Of a stretch of DNA of 32,000 nucleotides, positions 28,841-32,000 are shown one piece after another. Within the stretch, counting starts at the first letter, position 1; each line of letters opens with the position of its first letter. Position numbers and translations under genes: made by a program. The stretch is taken from positions 90,001 to 122,000 of the forward strand of contig NZ_QLIR01000003.1 in the NCBI RefSeq assembly GCF_003428155.1, written 5' to 3'. The notes under the pieces were generated by a model. The model ran no database searches. It was not told the origin of the DNA and saw only the letters and a list, made by a program, of their open reading frames with translations. The stretch is from Fastidiosibacter lacustris. Its GTDB lineage: Bacteria; Pseudomonadota; Gammaproteobacteria; Francisellales; Francisellaceae.

Positions 28841-30160
28841 TTAAAAGACTTTGAGAGAGCCTAACATGATTAAAAAACAACAAATGGTAATAATTAAAGA
28901 CATTGGCGTGATTTGGCTGCGATCTTGGATCATGGTGATAATAAACCATGTTACCATCCCCCAAACGATGCCTTCTGAAATTGATAGCGTAAGTGGCATC
29001 AAAATAATAGTCATAAATGCAGGAATGGCATGGGATGTATCATCCCATTGAATTTGCTTAACGGAGGATAACATAAAACTTCCCACAATAACTAAAGCAG
29101 GTGCGACAACGTACATTGGGACCATCATTACAATGGGTGCTAAAAACAAAAAGGGTAAAAACAATATTCCGACGATAACTGCTACTAAGCCAGTACGCCC
29201 ACCAACGGAGATACCCGTCACAGATTCAACGTAAATCGAAGTAGGGGAGCTGCCCATGAGGCCAGAGCTTGCTGATGCAAATGAGTCTACGATAAGGGAT
29301 TGTTTGATACGAATCGGTTGACCATCTTTATCAAACCAATTAGAAGATTGTGCAAGACCGATTAAGGTGCCAGTGCTATCAAAAATATTGATAAATAGAA
29401 AAGTAAAAATTGCAGGAAGAGCAGCTACTTTTAGGCTACCTGACCAATCAATTGCAAAAAAGAGTGAAAAATCTGGCCATGATACAATATCGTTTGGTAA
29501 GTGCATGATGATGTTATCACCAAATATGCGTCCAACTGGAAAAGCTAATATGCAACCCAATACAATCATCAATAAAATAGCAGCTTTAATGCGTAGCGCT
29601 AGAAAAATGGTAAGCGCAAAAAAACAAATCAAAAATATAAGCGTTTCTGCTGTTAATGGTGCGATTGCCAACAAACCAGATGGTGCTTGGTATATAACAC
29701 CAGCATTATAAAAGCCAACCAAAGCAATAAAAATACCAATTCCTGCACCAATACCATGCTTTACACCATCAGGGATGCCAGCCAGAATTTTAGTACGAAC
29801 ATTGAAAATAGCTAAAAGTGCAAATAGTACACCTGACCAAAAAACCGCACCCAGTGCAACTTGCCAAGGAATCTCCCAAGCTTTAACGATAGTGTACGTA
29901 AAAAAGACATTCATTCCCATTGCTGGTGCTAAAGCATAAGGGTTTCTGGCATAAACTCCCATAGCAATCGAGGCAAAGGCTGAAATAATCACTGTACTTG
30001 TCACAAGTGCACTTTCTGGCATTCCAGTTTGTGAGAGAATTTTCGCATTAACAACAATAATATACAGCGTCGCCAAAAAGGTGGTTAAACCTGCAATAAG
30101 TTCAGTGCGTAAAGATGTATTATATTTAGAAAATTGAAAGTAATTTTGTAAAAAATTCAT
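28841..30160 (-). CDS. NCS2 family permease (AzgA/GhxP-like purine permease)
   Basis: 439 aa, about 12-14 TM. NLRTELIAGLTTFLATLYIIVVNAKILSQTGMP; NPYALAPAMGMNVFFTY; LFINIFDSTGTLIGLAQ; SSPTSIYVESVTGISVGGRTGLVAVIVG. Confidence 0.93.
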   Translation of the reverse strand: MNFLQNYFQFSKYNTSLRTELIAGLTTFLATLYIIVVNAKILSQTGMPESALVTSTVIISAFASIAMGVYARNPYALAPAMGMNVFFTYTIVKAWEIPWQVALGAVFWSGVLFALLAIFNVRTKILAGIPDGVKHGIGAGIGIFIALVGFYNAGVIYQAPSGLLAIAPLTAETLIFLICFFALTIFLALRIKAAILLMIVLGCILAFPVGRIFGDNIIMHLPNDIVSWPDFSLFFAIDWSGSLKVAALPAIFTFLFINIFDSTGTLIGLAQSSNWFDKDGQPIRIKQSLIVDSFASASSGLMGSSPTSIYVESVTGISVGGRTGLVAVIVGILFLPFLFLAPIVMMVPMYVVAPALVIVGSFMLSSVKQIQWDDTSHAIPAFMTIILMPLTLSISEGIVWGMVTWFIITMIQDRSQITPMSLIITICCFLIMLGSLKVF

Positions 30161-30351
30161 AATTATTGAGTAAACCTTATTACCTTTGAGACATTCCAGC
30201 GCGGTATTGTATCATGAAATAAAAAACATACTAGTGTACCTAAATCCTAAACCTGCTTACAATATGCTGATTTACTTTGATTCTCATAATATATATTATG
30301 TTAAATTAATACCTAATAAAGATAAAAGATAAATTTTATCTCCTAACAACT

Positions 30352-30384
30352 AAAAAAACACATATCTGGTTTTTCCCAGATGTG
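30352..30384 (-). terminator. Rho-independent terminator for the gdh gene (minus strand)
   Basis: Minus strand reads CACATCTGG-gaaaaa-CCAGATATGTG-TTTTTTT: a stem with a small AU bulge followed by T7, about 68 nt downstream of the gdh stop. Confidence 0.75.
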
Positions 30385-30451
30385 AGACTCAGACAAAAAA
30401 TGAAAAAACTCCTTTCCGTAGAGCTCATTTCTGTTTTATCTTGTCTCTGTT

Positions 30452-32000
30452 TCACCTTGCGCGAGCAAGGTCATCTAAACTTCTAAAAGCAATATTTACG
30501 GATTCAAGGTTAGGCTCATCGGCACGCATATCTTCAATTAAACCTAACCAGCGTGCAATGTAGCTTTTATTAAGGTCAAGCCAATACTGTATTTTTGCTT
30601 CAACACCTTCAATATCTAGACATAGCTCAATCACGCGCTTAACAAGGCGATATTGTAATTTATCTAAGTCATCCCTTAATGCTGAAGTTGAAAGCGTACC
30701 CCAATACGATTGTTTACTACCTAAGTTATTAATACATCCCCTAAACCATGACAACCATAATTTTTGATTCAACAAAATAGAAATTTCTTCAAATAGCTTC
30801 TCATCTTGAATTACTTCAATTGCCGCAGTTAAATCCATTACCGAGGTTGCCATTTTAAATGACAAGACACTATCAATGATATCTTGTGGTACGCCTGCTT
30901 CTAACAACGCAGCAGATTTACGCTCAATACGTTGTTTTTCAGATGAAATAAGAAGCCTTGGGAAAACTTTTAACGATTCAGTTGCTGATATGGCATATTT
31001 TTCAATAGTTTGATTAATTGCAAAACCACGTGTCTCATTACGTAATATCCAACGGCAATTTCGTCTAACAAATCTAAATAAGATTTGCAAACATTCTTGT
31101 TGGCTTTCGCTAGAAACTTTGCCATTTAGGTTTTCAACCTTTTGCCATATTTGATTCAAGCCAAAAATTTCAACAATCGCACAAAATGCCTTAATAATAT
31201 CGGCAACAGAAGCACCAGTTTCATCATATAGTCTCTGAATAAAAGTAACACCCATGTATAAAGTTACAGCATTGGTAATTTGAGTCGCGATAATCTCTCT
31301 TTTAAGCTTATGACTTTGCATTAAATTCACATACTTTTCGCGTAATACTTTTGGAAATTCCCATAATAAAAAGAATGAAAAATAAGGGTCATCAGGCAAG
31401 TCTGACTTTAAGATTTGTTGTTTAATCATTGTTTTGGTGTATGCCATAATCACAGCAAACTCAGGAGCAGTTAAGCTTTTACCAGATACAGCTCTTGTTT
31501 GTAATAACTTATCAGTTGGCAAATATTCAACTTCACGATCAAGTTGCATTTTACGCTCAAGCTCACGCATCAAGCGTGCATAAGATTCAACAAAGTAGCG
31601 TTCCTGATATTTCAACTCATTAGCAATAGTCCTGTTTTGACTATAATTATTTTCAAGCACCAACTTTGCTACATCATCAGACATTTCTGCCAATAACTTA
31701 TTCCTACTTTGCATAGAAATATCACCACATTCGACTGCTGCATTAAGTAGAATTTTAATATTCACTTCGTGATCTGAACAATCAACTCCTGCGGCATTGT
31801 CTATCGCATCAGTGTTGATTGCACCACCTTTTAAGGCATATTCAATACGACCTAATTGAGTAAAACCAAGATTCCCCCCCTCCCCCACTACTAAGCAGTT
31901 TAGATCACGACCATTAACACGTAATGAATCATTGGCTCGATCACCTACATCTTGATGACTTTCAGTATGCGCCTTAACGTAGGTACCAATTCCTCCATTC
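30452..32000 (-). CDS. NAD-specific glutamate dehydrogenase (large GDH), C-terminal part, truncated by window end
   Basis: The ORF track starts at an internal GTG (31888), but the same frame is open to the window edge: GGIGTYVKAHTESHQDVGDRANDSLRVNGRDLNCLVVGEGGNLGFTQLGRIEYALKGG. This is the characteristic NAD-GDH (GDH2/GdhB-type) sequence. Confidence 0.93.
   Translation of the reverse strand, partial: NGGIGTYVKAHTESHQDVGDRANDSLRVNGRDLNCLVVGEGGNLGFTQLGRIEYALKGGAINTDAIDNAAGVDCSDHEVNIKILLNAAVECGDISMQSRNKLLAEMSDDVAKLVLENNYSQNRTIANELKYQERYFVESYARLMRELERKMQLDREVEYLPTDKLLQTRAVSGKSLTAPEFAVIMAYTKTMIKQQILKSDLPDDPYFSFFLLWEFPKVLREKYVNLMQSHKLKREIIATQITNAVTLYMGVTFIQRLYDETGASVADIIKAFCAIVEIFGLNQIWQKVENLNGKVSSESQQECLQILFRFVRRNCRWILRNETRGFAINQTIEKYAISATESLKVFPRLLISSEKQRIERKSAALLEAGVPQDIIDSVLSFKMATSVMDLTAAIEVIQDEKLFEEISILLNQKLWLSWFRGCINNLGSKQSYWGTLSTSALRDDLDKLQYRLVKRVIELCLDIEGVEAKIQYWLDLNKSYIARWLGLIEDMRADEPNLESVNIAFRSLDDLARAR

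Overview
The window is a mostly ordinary, AT-rich gammaproteobacterial chromosomal segment. Its gene content (fused MetI-MetQ, NAD-specific glutamate dehydrogenase, BamB/YfgM, RNase G/YhdP) suggests a Francisella-like lineage; that placement is inference. In order it carries: the 3' end of dxs (+); ligA (+); purK (+); an uncharacterised 146-aa ORF (+); a MarC-family membrane protein (+); a possible 34-aa small ORF next to a Bcr/CflA-type MFS transporter (+); a second, different MFS transporter (+); an oppABCDF peptide ABC transporter (+); a SufS-type cysteine desulfurase (+); metN plus a fused MetI-MetQ (-); yfgM-bamB-MFS (-); rng-yhdP (+); nnr and a YecA/YgfB-family gene (-); an NCS2 purine/uracil-type permease (-); and the C-terminal part of an NAD-glutamate dehydrogenase running off the right edge (-). 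I see no CRISPR array, tRNA/rRNA, recognisable transposase, prophage, toxin-antitoxin pair or defence cassette, and I do not claim a novel system. The observations most worth a second look are: (1) three 10-bp phased repeats ending in a perfect 7-3-7 palindrome just upstream of oppA; (2) a 6-3-6 palindrome plus an attenuator-like AT hairpin and T-run between oppA and oppB; (3) the MetI-MetQ fusion with an added transmembrane helix; (4) the 34-aa ORF and a stop-interrupted reading frame flanking an AT-rich MFS gene; (5) G7/C7 homopolymers in gdh and nnr.
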